Of a stretch of 64,000 nucleotides of DNA, positions 18,956 to 28,313 are shown piece after piece. The translations under genes and the position numbers were made by a program. How positions within the stretch are numbered: the first letter of the stretch is position 1; each line of letters opens with the position of its first letter. Location: positions 4,674-68,673 of the forward strand of contig CALOEH010000107.1 in NCBI GenBank assembly GCA_942492195.1, read 5' to 3'. The DNA is from an uncultured Planctomycetia bacterium. Lineage in GTDB: Bacteria > Planctomycetota > Planctomycetia > Pirellulales > S012-138. The notes below the pieces were generated by a model, which saw nothing but the letters and a program-made list of their open reading frames with translations, was not told where the DNA came from and ran no database searches.

Positions 18956-20926
18956 CTACATGGTCAGGTCGTCAGCGTCGGTGTAGAGACGATCGCCGAG
19001 TCCGGCAAAGATCAGGTCTGCGGCGCTGCCACCGCAGATGATGTCAGACGCGTCGTCATCCTGCACGGTTTGACTGGTAGAGAACAGGATGCCAAGCCCA
19101 ATGCCAGTGGCGAGTTGGTTGGCGCGGTCTTCGAACAACCCTGGGCTGGACCAGGCTGCCCAAACTGCGGCGAGCGAATCGGGATCGTTGTCGTAGGAAG
19201 TGGTGCCACCGACCACCAGGTCTTCGCCCCCGTCTCCCTTGAGGTAGTCGCTCCCGAGTCCGCCTAGGAGGATATCTTGTCCGTCGTTGCCTTCGATGCG
19301 GTCGTTTCCATCGCCACCGACAATCAGGTCATTGCCAGCCTGGCCGTAGAGGTAGTCATCACCCCCGTCGCCACGGATGAAGTCATCCCCTGCATTCCCC
19401 CGGATCACGTCCACCCCATCACCTCCAGAGAGGAAGTCGTTGGCGGAACCTCCGGTGATTCGATCGTGTCCTTCTTCGCCATAGATGGCAACTGCGGTTC
19501 GGGCGTCGGTGGCGTAGATTCTGTCGTTGCCGTCGCTTCCGTGGACGACAACCCTTCCTCCATCTGCCAGGAATGTTTGACCGTAGGAGACACCGTTCAT
19601 CCAGACAAAGACCTGATTGTCGGCCGCTCCGCTCCAGATGTAGATGGTGTCAGCGCCGTCGGTTCCTTGCACAACCAAGTCATTGCCAACTTGCGAAACG
19701 CCAGAGATGGGCGCCTCAGGCAGGTCCTGCAGGGAGACGGTGATCAGGGCGGAGTCGGTGAGTGGGTTCTCCCCGTCGTCGGTCACTTCGACCATCAGCT
19801 GAAACTCTAAGTTGGTCTCAAAGTCCAAGGCGTCAGCGTTGGCCACGGTGATCTGGCCGGTTGCCGTATCGATAGCGAACGCATTGTTGGAGTTGCCACC
19901 GCTGATGGCAAACGAGAGACTTTGCCCTGCGTCTGGATCCGTTGCCGAGACAACACCTACCACGGTTCCGGCAGCGCTGTTCTCATCCACATTCCAGGCG
20001 GCATCCAACGCTTCGGGGGCTTGATTGGCGGGAGGATCTTCAGGCGCGGGATCTTCAGGTGCAGGATCTTCAGGTGCAGGATCTTCAGGTGCTGGGTCTT
20101 CAGGCAGTGGCAAGGCGGCCATGACTTCGATGGCCACCCGATGACCAAACGCAAGGGCGGCGTCGTAGTTTTCTGCCGTGATGATCCGCCCATCGACCAC
20201 CACGTCATCGTCAACGGTGTTGGGGTCTCCGTACTGCCCACTGATCGTGTTGGCGATGGCTCCGTTGGCAGTCGCCTGCTCGTACTGACCGAGCTGGTAG
20301 TTGTTGTACCAGGCTCCTTCGTAAAGGACCGCCGGCGAACCGATGTAGGGAATCGAGATCTGTTTGCCTTCGAGGGGACTGACTCCATCGACACGCGCCC
20401 AAGCCAGCACGGTGACCCCGTGGCAGATTGCCGTCACAAATTTATCCTGAGCGGTGAACTCATTGATCAGGTCGTTGGCCAGTTGTTTGGTGTCCAGATC
20501 GCCATCGTAATGGTTGTTGCTGTAGTCGCCGGGGAAGGCGTATTGGTACATCGAAGAACCCCAGCCACCGACAAACACGATCGCCGAGTAGTCATCGACG
20601 TCGACGTCGGCGAGCGTCAGGTCAGGGGTCACCACGCCGCTGCTGGCACCTTGCCCTGTGTTGGCGTGGGGTGTGGAGGGGCTGAGCGACGAGGCAGCCA
20701 CTTGGACTTCGACCCCTTCGGCTTCGATTCCCGCCCGAGTGTCCCCATACTCTTGATAGTAGAAATCCCGATCGTCTGCGATCACCATCAGCACCGGCAG
20801 AGTATCGGCTGCCAGCATTTCTCGAGATTCCAACGATTGAAACCTTTGAAACCTTCGGGCTGGTCGTAGAGGGCGGTTCTGCTTGGAGTTACGGCGGGTT
20901 GAAAACAGGCGGCGTAGCGATTTCAT
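18956..20926 (-). CDS. secreted fusion protein: DJ-1/PfpI-like domain, PEDPA linker, cadherin-like domain, RTX calcium-binding repeats
   Basis: The ORF runs to 21082, but MKSLRRLF (ATG 20926) is the likely start. Motifs: LESREMLAA, a DJ-1-type AICHG, (PEDPA)x5, VSATDPDAGQSLSF, and GGSANDFLSGGDGVDVIRGNAGDDFIRGDGGDDYLYGQAGNDLIVGGDGNDRIEGNDGQDILLGG. Confidence 0.75.
   Translation of the reverse strand: MKSLRRLFSTRRNSKQNRPLRPARRFQRFQSLESREMLAADTLPVLMVIADDRDFYYQEYGDTRAGIEAEGVEVQVAASSLSPSTPHANTGQGASSGVVTPDLTLADVDVDDYSAIVFVGGWGSSMYQYAFPGDYSNNHYDGDLDTKQLANDLINEFTAQDKFVTAICHGVTVLAWARVDGVSPLEGKQISIPYIGSPAVLYEGAWYNNYQLGQYEQATANGAIANTISGQYGDPNTVDDDVVVDGRIITAENYDAALAFGHRVAIEVMAALPLPEDPAPEDPAPEDPAPEDPAPEDPPANQAPEALDAAWNVDENSAAGTVVGVVSATDPDAGQSLSFAISGGNSNNAFAIDTATGQITVANADALDFETNLEFQLMVEVTDDGENPLTDSALITVSLQDLPEAPISGVSQVGNDLVVQGTDGADTIYIWSGAADNQVFVWMNGVSYGQTFLADGGRVVVHGSDGNDRIYATDARTAVAIYGEEGHDRITGGSANDFLSGGDGVDVIRGNAGDDFIRGDGGDDYLYGQAGNDLIVGGDGNDRIEGNDGQDILLGGLGSDYLKGDGGEDLVVGGTTSYDNDPDSLAAVWAAWSSPGLFEDRANQLATGIGLGILFSTSQTVQDDDASDIICGGSAADLIFAGLGDRLYTDADDLTM
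20044..20118. repeat. 15-bp tandem repeat x5 (encodes PEDPA on the minus strand)
   Basis: GGATCTTCAGG(C/T)GC(G/A) units at 20044, 20059, 20074, 20089 and 20104. Confidence 0.9.
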
Positions 20927-21043
20927 CGGTCTTTTCCTACAAAGGTGGTAAGTTACTCGTTCCCCTGCAAAGTGTTCCTTCACAATGGGGGCTCGACATC
21001 CCCCACTGCCGTGCGACAAAAAAGTGCCAGATTTCTTATCACC

Positions 21044-21667
21044 ATGTCTCAACCTCAATCCGTTACGCTCTGGATCCGTCAACTCAAGTCAGGCGGCAGC
21101 ACCGCCGCCCAACAGTTGTGGGAAGTGTATTTCCAGCGGATGGTTGCCTTAGCCCGCAAAAAACTCGAGGGGGCTCGCCGAGGTGTCGGTGACGAAGAAG
21201 ATGTGGCCCTGAGCGCCTTCAAGAGCTTTTGCCTGGGGGCACGCAACGGCCGATTCACCCAGTTGCTAGATAGTGACAATCTCTGGCCGCTGCTGATGGC
21301 GATCACCGCCCACAAGTCCGTGGATTTCATCCGTAGCGAGAACCGCCAGAAGCGCGGAGGCACGAGGCAGCAAGATGACGACGGAAGTTCCGCTTCTGCT
21401 GAAGATCGTCCCGTGGCGGTCTCGCTGAGTGAGATCATCAGCCAAGAGCCATCGCCAGACTTCACGGCCGAGATGTCCGAACACTTGCAGCGGCTGATTG
21501 CCCGGTTGGATGAAACAGGCGATCTGGATCTGCGACGGATCGCGTTGCTCAAGTTGGATGGGTACCGCACTTCCGAAATTGCTCAAGAAATGGGTTGCGT
21601 ACGCCGCACCGTTGAACGCAAGATGCAAGTGATCATTCGACTCTGGGGAAAGGATGTTGCATCGTGA
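21044..21667 (+). CDS. ECF-type sigma-70 factor (kinase-associated type)
   Basis: ORF 20945-21667; ATG 21044 gives MSQPQSVTLWIRQLKSGGSTAAQQLWEVYFQRMVALARKKL. A region-4 HTH is present (DGYRTSEIAQEMGCVRRTVERKM). The stop overlaps the start of the kinase gene. Confidence 0.8.
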   Translation: MSQPQSVTLWIRQLKSGGSTAAQQLWEVYFQRMVALARKKLEGARRGVGDEEDVALSAFKSFCLGARNGRFTQLLDSDNLWPLLMAITAHKSVDFIRSENRQKRGGTRQQDDDGSSASAEDRPVAVSLSEIISQEPSPDFTAEMSEHLQRLIARLDETGDLDLRRIALLKLDGYRTSEIAQEMGCVRRTVERKMQVIIRLWGKDVAS

Positions 21668-23718
21668 ATGCACGGCAGGAGAGCAGCTTCGAGGAACTGC
21701 CTGAAGAGTGCATGCTGCGCATCAATCAGTGCTGCAACCGGTTCGAAACTGCCTGGCAATCAGGCACCCAGCCAAGTTTGGAAGAGGCGCTCCATGAATT
21801 CGAGCCGGAGCATCACCTGGCCGCGCTCGAGGAACTGTTGCCGCTGGAGATTGAGTATCGCCAGCAAGCAGGCGAATCGCTTGCCGTTGAAGATTATGCC
21901 CTGCGATTCCCGCAGTTTGATCGCAATCGTCTGGCTCAACTGATTGCCGCTGAAAGTTCAGCAGACCCTGCAGACGCCGACATGCCTGACAAGCTGGGCG
22001 ATTACAAGATTCTATCCAGGCTTGGGGCCGGAGGTATGGGAACGGTTTACAAAGCCATGCACGAACGCATGGGGCGATTGGTGGCCGTCAAGGTGCTTCG
22101 CCCTGAGTTGCAACAGAATCAACATCTGCTGCACCGGTTCGATCGCGAAGTGCGCGCGGCGGCCAGGCTTTCGCATCCCAACATTGTGGCAGCACTCGAC
22201 GCTCGCGAACAAGACGGCGTTCACTTCCTGGTCACCGAGTACGTGGAAGGGGCTGACCTGGATGAGATTGTCCGTCGCAGCGGACCGCTCAATATGGCAG
22301 AAGCGGTGGATTGCCTGATTCAAGCGGCACGCGGATTGGACTACGCCCATCAACATGGGGTGGTGCATCGTGATATCAAGCCGGCCAACTTGCTGCGTGA
22401 TTCCCAGGGTATGGTCAAGATCCTGGATATGGGGCTCGCCCGACTCGATACCCCAGACGATCCCACGGCCACCGAACTGACCAAGAGCGGCATGGTGATG
22501 GGCACGGCCGCCTATATGGCGCCCGAGCAGGCGCGCGACACCCGTCGCGCGGACGCGCGATCGGACGTTTATAGCTTAGGCTGCACGTTGTACTTTTTGC
22601 TGACCGGTCGGCCGGTGTATCAGGCAGAGACGCAGGTAGATACGATTCTCTCGCACATCAACACTCCGGTTCCGTCATTGATGTCGGCAACGTCGGCAAC
22701 GCCCCGTGGCCTCGAAGCGATCTTTCGTCGAATGGTGGCCAAGAACCCGCAAGACCGGTTCCAATCTGCGGCCGAAGTTGCCACATCGCTGGAGACGTTT
22801 TTATCGGAGGGGGAATTCGAAACGGCACCACTCCCTGATCCATCGGAGCGTGTGACCGCCCGGCTTGCGCCAACCGCCATGTTGGAACGAACGGTGGTGG
22901 GTGAAGATCTCTCTCCGCCACCCCCCAGCGCGCCGGATGCATCTGACCCCGCGAGCAACAACCGCTGGCTTTTGGCCGTTGGCGGTTTGGCAACACTGGC
23001 CGTGGCGTTGTTGGTTTACGCCAATTGGTCGGACGCACCTCAAGAGAACCCTCCGATACCACCACAAGTCGCTTCCACCGCAGACGACTACGTGCTCGAG
23101 TTCAATGGACGTTCGAGTTACGTCCGCGTGGCAGATCTCACGCCCGTGGCCGGCGAGTCGTACACCCTGGAAGCGATCGTGCGGCCCAGCTTTCGGCGCA
23201 CCTCGAACATGATCTCCTGGCTAGGGCCCGACTGGATGGCCCTGTACATGACCGAGAGTCAATGGGGAGTCGGACGCCGGGTTGGGGAAGAGTCGCACTT
23301 GATTGCTGCCGCACAAGTTCCGCAGTTGGGCGAACGGGTCCACCTGGCCGGCACGGCGGTCGGAGCGGAGTTACGGCTGTTCGTCAATGGCGTACTGGCG
23401 GACGTCAACGGCAGCGGGTTCGCTTTGCCTGAAACCACAGGTGGCCTTTGCATTGGCGGAGTCCCACGCGAGCTGTTGCCAGAAGACCAGAACGATCGGT
23501 TCTTCGGCGGAACGATTTACGGCGTGCGAATCTCCCGGGGTGTGCGATACACCGAGTCGTTCGATCCACCAACGGTCCTTTCCCAGGATCAAGCAACGAT
23601 TGCCACCTTCACGTTTGACGCCGGCCAAGGAACCCAGGTGATAGGGAGTGGAGATCGTGCCTGGCAAGGTGAGATCAACAACGCAACCTGGCAGCGAACT
23701 CCCGCCGACGCCGAGTAA
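21664..23718 (+). CDS. Ser/Thr protein kinase with one TM segment and a C-terminal LamG/concanavalin-like domain
   Basis: GAGGMGTVYKA...VAVKVL, VHRDIKPANLL, DMGLARL and GTAAYMAPEQ. TM segment WLLAVGGLATLAVALLVYA. The C-terminal part begins YVLEFNGRSSYVRV. Confidence 0.85.
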   Translation: MNARQESSFEELPEECMLRINQCCNRFETAWQSGTQPSLEEALHEFEPEHHLAALEELLPLEIEYRQQAGESLAVEDYALRFPQFDRNRLAQLIAAESSADPADADMPDKLGDYKILSRLGAGGMGTVYKAMHERMGRLVAVKVLRPELQQNQHLLHRFDREVRAAARLSHPNIVAALDAREQDGVHFLVTEYVEGADLDEIVRRSGPLNMAEAVDCLIQAARGLDYAHQHGVVHRDIKPANLLRDSQGMVKILDMGLARLDTPDDPTATELTKSGMVMGTAAYMAPEQARDTRRADARSDVYSLGCTLYFLLTGRPVYQAETQVDTILSHINTPVPSLMSATSATPRGLEAIFRRMVAKNPQDRFQSAAEVATSLETFLSEGEFETAPLPDPSERVTARLAPTAMLERTVVGEDLSPPPPSAPDASDPASNNRWLLAVGGLATLAVALLVYANWSDAPQENPPIPPQVASTADDYVLEFNGRSSYVRVADLTPVAGESYTLEAIVRPSFRRTSNMISWLGPDWMALYMTESQWGVGRRVGEESHLIAAAQVPQLGERVHLAGTAVGAELRLFVNGVLADVNGSGFALPETTGGLCIGGVPRELLPEDQNDRFFGGTIYGVRISRGVRYTESFDPPTVLSQDQATIATFTFDAGQGTQVIGSGDRAWQGEINNATWQRTPADAE

Positions 23719-23777
23719 ACATTTTCGGAAGCCCATTCACCTTCGACAAACCCCAGGCTGATTGGTAGAGAGTACCG

Positions 23778-25046
23778 ATGACGCACCGCAGAGACTTCAT
23801 CAAGATCCTAGGGACAACTTCATTGGCCGCTGCCGTCGGTCCGGCCGGTTTCCAACATCAGGCCGATGCGGCAAAGGCACGGCCAGGGCAACCTCAGGAC
23901 CCACCGCGAGACCTCAAGCCCAACGGGGCTGACATCGGTTCTATCTTTCCGCAGATTCAAGCGTTGGCCGGCACGGGTGACTATCCTTACTCGTTTCTGA
24001 GCGGTCGGTTTGATTCGTTGGAAGCATTCAAAACGGCAGGCAGAGCCAAGCTGCAAGAAGCTTTCGTCTATCGCCCTGACAACGTAGACCCGCACGCGGA
24101 AGTGATTGACCGCCAAGACATGGGAGATTTTGTTCGGGAGAAGGTGCTGTTTTCGACCTCTCCCAACTTTCGCATTGCTGGCTACGTGCATCTGCCGAAG
24201 AACCTCAGCGCTCCGGCACCTGCGATCGTTGATCTGCATTCGCACGGCGGTATGTTCCTGTTCGGCAAGGAGAAGTTGATTGATTTTGGGAACAATCATC
24301 CGGTCATGGAGAACTATCACGCCAAGGTGTACGGTGACCGCCCCACCACCACAGCTCTGGTTCGTCGCGGTTACGTGGTGATCACCATTGATGCGTTCAT
24401 GTTCGGCGAGCGACGGTTGATGATGGACGAAGATCTCAAACATGGTTGGGATCGGGCTAACTACTCGCTGGAAGTAGCAGACCTGCTCAATCGAAAATGC
24501 CGTGGCAAAGAAACCACCCTGGCCAAGAGCCTGGCCTACGCCGGTATCACCTGGCCAGGCATCATCACCTGGGACGACATGCGCACGGTGGACTACCTGG
24601 CCACTCGGCCCGACGTGGACGCTGCACGAATTGGCTGCATGGGCGTTTCTTTGGGAGGTTGGCGAACGCTGATGCTGGCCGGCATGGACGAACGGATTGC
24701 CGCCGCCTGTGTGGTCGGGTTCATGTCAACCGTCAAACCGATGTTGCACCGGCATATCGACACGCATTCGTGGTCGCACTTTGTGCCAGGTTTGCACCAG
24801 TACCTGGATCTTCCGGACGTGGTCAGCATGATGGCCCCGAAACCTTTGATGGTTCAGCAATGCCGACAAGATGGGCTGTTTACTCCCCAAGGGATGCGTG
24901 AATCGGTCGACAAGATTGCGGCCGTCTATGAGAAGGCAGGCGTGCGAGATCGCTTCGCCGGCAAGTACTTCGACAACCGCCACCGGTTCGACGTGCCGAT
25001 GCAAGACGTTGCCTTCGATTGGTTTGATGCCCAATTGAAGAACTGA
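23778..25046 (+). CDS. Tat-exported alpha/beta hydrolase (esterase / dienelactone-hydrolase-like)
   Basis: Twin-arginine start MTHRRDFIKILGTTSLAAAVG and nucleophile elbow GVSLGGW. Confidence 0.65.
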   Translation: MTHRRDFIKILGTTSLAAAVGPAGFQHQADAAKARPGQPQDPPRDLKPNGADIGSIFPQIQALAGTGDYPYSFLSGRFDSLEAFKTAGRAKLQEAFVYRPDNVDPHAEVIDRQDMGDFVREKVLFSTSPNFRIAGYVHLPKNLSAPAPAIVDLHSHGGMFLFGKEKLIDFGNNHPVMENYHAKVYGDRPTTTALVRRGYVVITIDAFMFGERRLMMDEDLKHGWDRANYSLEVADLLNRKCRGKETTLAKSLAYAGITWPGIITWDDMRTVDYLATRPDVDAARIGCMGVSLGGWRTLMLAGMDERIAAACVVGFMSTVKPMLHRHIDTHSWSHFVPGLHQYLDLPDVVSMMAPKPLMVQQCRQDGLFTPQGMRESVDKIAAVYEKAGVRDRFAGKYFDNRHRFDVPMQDVAFDWFDAQLKN

Positions 25047-25232
25047 ACCAGCATGACCGCATTGCCAGCACTGCCGTCGAGCGATCGATTTCTTTGATCG
25101 TTTTTTCGAGCTTGCCGGTCGCTGCATGTGGTGGATTGGTCTCCGCAGGATGGCGGCAAGTTGCTAAGATCCGCCCGCTGTGCGATTGAACGCCAGCGGT
25201 GGTGTCTAACTTGCTGTCACGGAGAGACCGGC

Positions 25233-26282
25233 ATGAGTTCCCCCAATCCGTCGAAACAGTTTCGGCAAGCACAACGTCAAGGCAGCAGTCCTGCACCTTC
25301 TGGCAGCGTCACAACTGCCGTCAAGAACGCGGAAACGTCGCTTCCGACAGACTACCCGTGCTATACGGTGACGGACGTGCCTGCCGCTGGGGGCGTTTCG
25401 CTGGAAGACCGGAGCCGGGAGCTTTGCGCGTTGTTGGAAGAGGGACGCGTGCTGTATTTCCCGAAGTCGCCGATCCGCATGAACCCGGACGATATCCAGT
25501 TCCTGCTCAGTCAAAAACAGTCGGACAGCCGGTATCACAAAAACATTGCCTTTCGCCCACGTCAGGACCGGGTGACCGGGGTTGATCGGAAGGCGATGGA
25601 TGCCGACCGGCTGAAGTTGGTGATGCGGCACTATAAGAACGAAGCGCAGGATCTGCTCTGCCGGTTGATGCCTTCGTACAAGAACTACCTGAGCCTGGAC
25701 TACGGCAGCTTCCGACCTTTGCAGGAAGAGGGGCGTGCCGTACGCCTGCACGCTCGCAATGACTTGTTGCACGTGGACGCGTTCCACACCCGACCGATGT
25801 ACGGCAATCGGATCTTGCGGGTGTTTACCAACATCAACCCTACCGAATCTCGCCGCTGGATCACCACCGATCCGTTTGACGTGCTGGTGAAGACCTTGGC
25901 AGATACGCCTGAGTTGCCGTTGCCGCGTCCTGCTGGCAAGAGCTTGCCGGACTCATTCAGCCGGCTGATTCGGGGCTGCGTTAAGCGATTGGGACTGCCG
26001 GCGACACTTCGTTCCCCGTACGACGAATTTATGATTCGCATGTACCGGCACATGAAAGAGAACAGCCAGTTCCAGGAGACCTGCGTCAAGCATCACTCGG
26101 CATTCCCGCCTGGCTGCTCCTGGGTGGTCTATACCGATATGGTTTCGCATGCGGCGTTGTTCGGCCAGTACGCTCTAGAACAAACCTTTGTGGTTGATCG
26201 CAAAGGGATGGTTTGCCCTGACAAAACGCCGGTGAACATCTTGGAACGGATGGTGGGTGCCGAGTTGACCTCGCCCATCTAG
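25233..26282 (+). CDS. Kdo hydroxylase (KdoO)-like Fe(II)/2-oxoglutarate dioxygenase family protein
   Basis: ORF from 25128; ATG 25233 follows GGAGAG. LHVDAFHTRPMYGNRILRVFTNINP matches my memory of the Kdo_hydroxy family core. Confidence 0.55.
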   Translation: MSSPNPSKQFRQAQRQGSSPAPSGSVTTAVKNAETSLPTDYPCYTVTDVPAAGGVSLEDRSRELCALLEEGRVLYFPKSPIRMNPDDIQFLLSQKQSDSRYHKNIAFRPRQDRVTGVDRKAMDADRLKLVMRHYKNEAQDLLCRLMPSYKNYLSLDYGSFRPLQEEGRAVRLHARNDLLHVDAFHTRPMYGNRILRVFTNINPTESRRWITTDPFDVLVKTLADTPELPLPRPAGKSLPDSFSRLIRGCVKRLGLPATLRSPYDEFMIRMYRHMKENSQFQETCVKHHSAFPPGCSWVVYTDMVSHAALFGQYALEQTFVVDRKGMVCPDKTPVNILERMVGAELTSPI

Positions 26283-26393
26283 TGGCACAAACGTGGTCAT
26301 TACGCTCCGTCGTGATGACAACCGTGGCGATATCGCCAGTCATGCTTCCTCGCTGACGCATCGAGCGAGGATTGATAGCTCAAATTTGTTCGC
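26281..26393 (-). repeat. family-2 intergenic repeat, copy C (inverted)
   Basis: The reverse complement reads ...CAAATTTGAGCT..GCGTCAGCGAGGAAGCATGACTGGCGATATCGCCACGGTTGTCATCACGACGGAGCGTAATGACCAC... It fills essentially the whole gap between the convergent genes ending at 26282 and 26404. Confidence 0.85.
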
Positions 26394-26403
26394 GATCCTG
26401 GGA

Positions 26404-26889
26404 CTACAGCATGGTGCCGGACTGGGGATCGACGGTCACGCCACCGGTCAGGTCAGCCAGGGCGTTGAGCGCAATGAGCAGCGCGCTGGGATCGAACATT
26501 TCGTCCACATCATCGGATGAGTCCGCGTCGACCTGTTCGAAGTGCATCACGTCAAACCGAGCGTCACAGGTGGCGATTCGCTTGAGTTGCTGACGCCCTT
26601 GGTCATCGGTGACCATGGCTTCCAACTCCGCCCTGAGGTCTTCCCCTTGCTCGATGACTTCAGGGCCCACCATCAAGCTGATGTCGATGGCCGCATAGTC
26701 ATCGGGTGCCAGCAAGGTGGCGGATTCGAATCGGCCCTCCTCATCGGTGCGTAAATCGCTGAACTCGAAGCGGTCGCTGAGTTGCGAAAGCACCGCTTGA
26801 ATTTGCTCAGCCGAGGGGATTCCCGTCGATTCGAAGAGCACGAAATAAGTTTCGCGCCAGCGATAACCGCTCCGCTCAAACAACGACAT
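26404..26889 (-). CDS. acidic hypothetical protein
   Basis: 161-aa ORF; no family recognised. Confidence 0.5.
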   Translation of the reverse strand: MSLFERSGYRWRETYFVLFESTGIPSAEQIQAVLSQLSDRFEFSDLRTDEEGRFESATLLAPDDYAAIDISLMVGPEVIEQGEDLRAELEAMVTDDQGRQQLKRIATCDARFDVMHFEQVDADSSDDVDEMFDPSALLIALNALADLTGGVTVDPQSGTML

Positions 26890-26907
26890 GCGCAGATACC
26901 CTTGATG

Positions 26908-27201
26908 TTAAGGCCAGTCGTCCTCTTCTTCCGCAGGGCCAAGGCCCCCTTGCCAGGTTTCGAGCGCTTCGAGCATTGAGTCCCGTTCGCCACGTTTGGC
27001 CCAGACGGATTCTCCCTGCTCGAGGCGAACCTCATAGTCCCCTTCTCGTTGGCAATCGGGGGCTCCGCAGAAATGGGGCGTTGCGGAAACCCAGATCACC
27101 CGATAAAGCGGGATGTGCTTATCATCAACAATGCAAAAAATCGACATACCTCGGCCCTGGTTGACGGCAGTCTGCCGAAGAGCAAATTTGGCTTGCTGCA
27201 C
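26908..27201 (-). CDS. small hypothetical protein (possibly starting at 27147)
   Basis: 97-aa ORF with a GTG start; the internal ATG gives MSIFCIVDDKHIPLYRV... Confidence 0.35.
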   Translation of the reverse strand: MQQAKFALRQTAVNQGRGMSIFCIVDDKHIPLYRVIWVSATPHFCGAPDCQREGDYEVRLEQGESVWAKRGERDSMLEALETWQGGLGPAEEEDDWP

Positions 27202-27367
27202 GGTAGACTACCAAACGCGGACGACCATGCGTGGACATTCACGCATCTTGCTGGGTTCGTCGCCAAGGGACAAACACAGCACCCTGGCAGTTCCTTCCCT
27301 CGCCTCCTCGAGGGGATTCTCCGCGCTCGACGACTTCTTATGATACTGAATGTTCCGGTCCGAGTCG

Positions 27368-28180
27368 TCAACTACCAGCAGATAACTCTTGGGACCGATT
27401 CGCGGCTGCTGCAACCGCGCTCATCAAAGCCCCCCGAACCGCCGACTTCTCCAGAACCTCCAAGCCGGCGATCGTGGTGCCGCCAGGGCTGGCCACCTGG
27501 TCCTTCAAAACCGCCGGATGCGTGCCGGTGTTCAAGACCATTTGAGCAGCTCCCATCACCGTCTGCGCAGCGAGTTGCGTGGCCACGTCGCGCGGCAACC
27601 CCATCCGCACGCCGCCATCGCTGAGGGCTTCGATCACCAAATAGACGAAAGCCGGCCCCGAACCGGAAAGCCCCGTCACGGCATCCAGCATGGATTCGTT
27701 CACGGAGAGGGCCAACCCTACCGAGCCCAACAGCTGCTCCACCAAGTGACCGTCTTCAGGCATTGCCCCAGGGCCCAGGCTGTAGGCACTGGCCCCTTGG
27801 CCAATCAGGGCCGGCGTATTGGGCATCACGCGGACAATCCGAGCCGGCGAGGCTGCCGCGGCTAACTGCTCCAGACGAATCCCAGCGGCAATGGAGATCA
27901 ACAGCTGTTCGCGTTTGAATTGCCCTTTGAGTTCTGCAAAGACCGCACCTGCATACTGTGGCTTGACCGCCAAGAACACCACATCCGAGCCAGCCAGAAC
28001 CTGGGCATTGTCATTCGACGTGGTGGCACCCGTGGCTGCTGCAAACTGATCTCGCGCGGCAGCCAGGGGATCAGCAGCCAAAATCTTCTCTGGCTGCGTC
28101 AGTCCGGCGGCAAGAAAGCCTTGCGCGAGGGCGGTAGCCATCCGGCCAGCACCCAACATGCCCAGGTTTATGTCAAGCAT
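27368..28180 (-). CDS. proC: pyrroline-5-carboxylate reductase
   Basis: MLGAGRMATALAQGF, VVFLAVKPQ, RVMPNTPALIGQGA, SGSGPAFVYLVIEAL and SPGGTTIAGLEVLE. The ORF extends to 28411, but ATG 28180 fits the family length. Confidence 0.9.
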   Translation of the reverse strand: MLDINLGMLGAGRMATALAQGFLAAGLTQPEKILAADPLAAARDQFAAATGATTSNDNAQVLAGSDVVFLAVKPQYAGAVFAELKGQFKREQLLISIAAGIRLEQLAAAASPARIVRVMPNTPALIGQGASAYSLGPGAMPEDGHLVEQLLGSVGLALSVNESMLDAVTGLSGSGPAFVYLVIEALSDGGVRMGLPRDVATQLAAQTVMGAAQMVLNTGTHPAVLKDQVASPGGTTIAGLEVLEKSAVRGALMSAVAAAANRSQELSAGS

Positions 28181-28313
28181 CAATCTGCCTTTGGAGAATC
28201 GAGGAACGAACTCGGCCACGCGGCCGGTTCTCGATTCTATCGAGGCAACGTCCTCAAACCAATTCAGCGAGGTGCAGAAAACCTTTGAATAAGATGCCGC
28301 GGATCGCCACCAA

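Noticed and set aside
26908-27414. ORFs 27208-27414 and 26908-27201 share a frame and are separated by a single TAG; the upstream piece contains YLLVVDDSD, reminiscent of a receiver-domain start
   Set aside because: The upstream piece overlaps the 3-prime end of proC by 47 nt. Nothing beyond the VVDD string fits a receiver domain, so chance is the simpler explanation.
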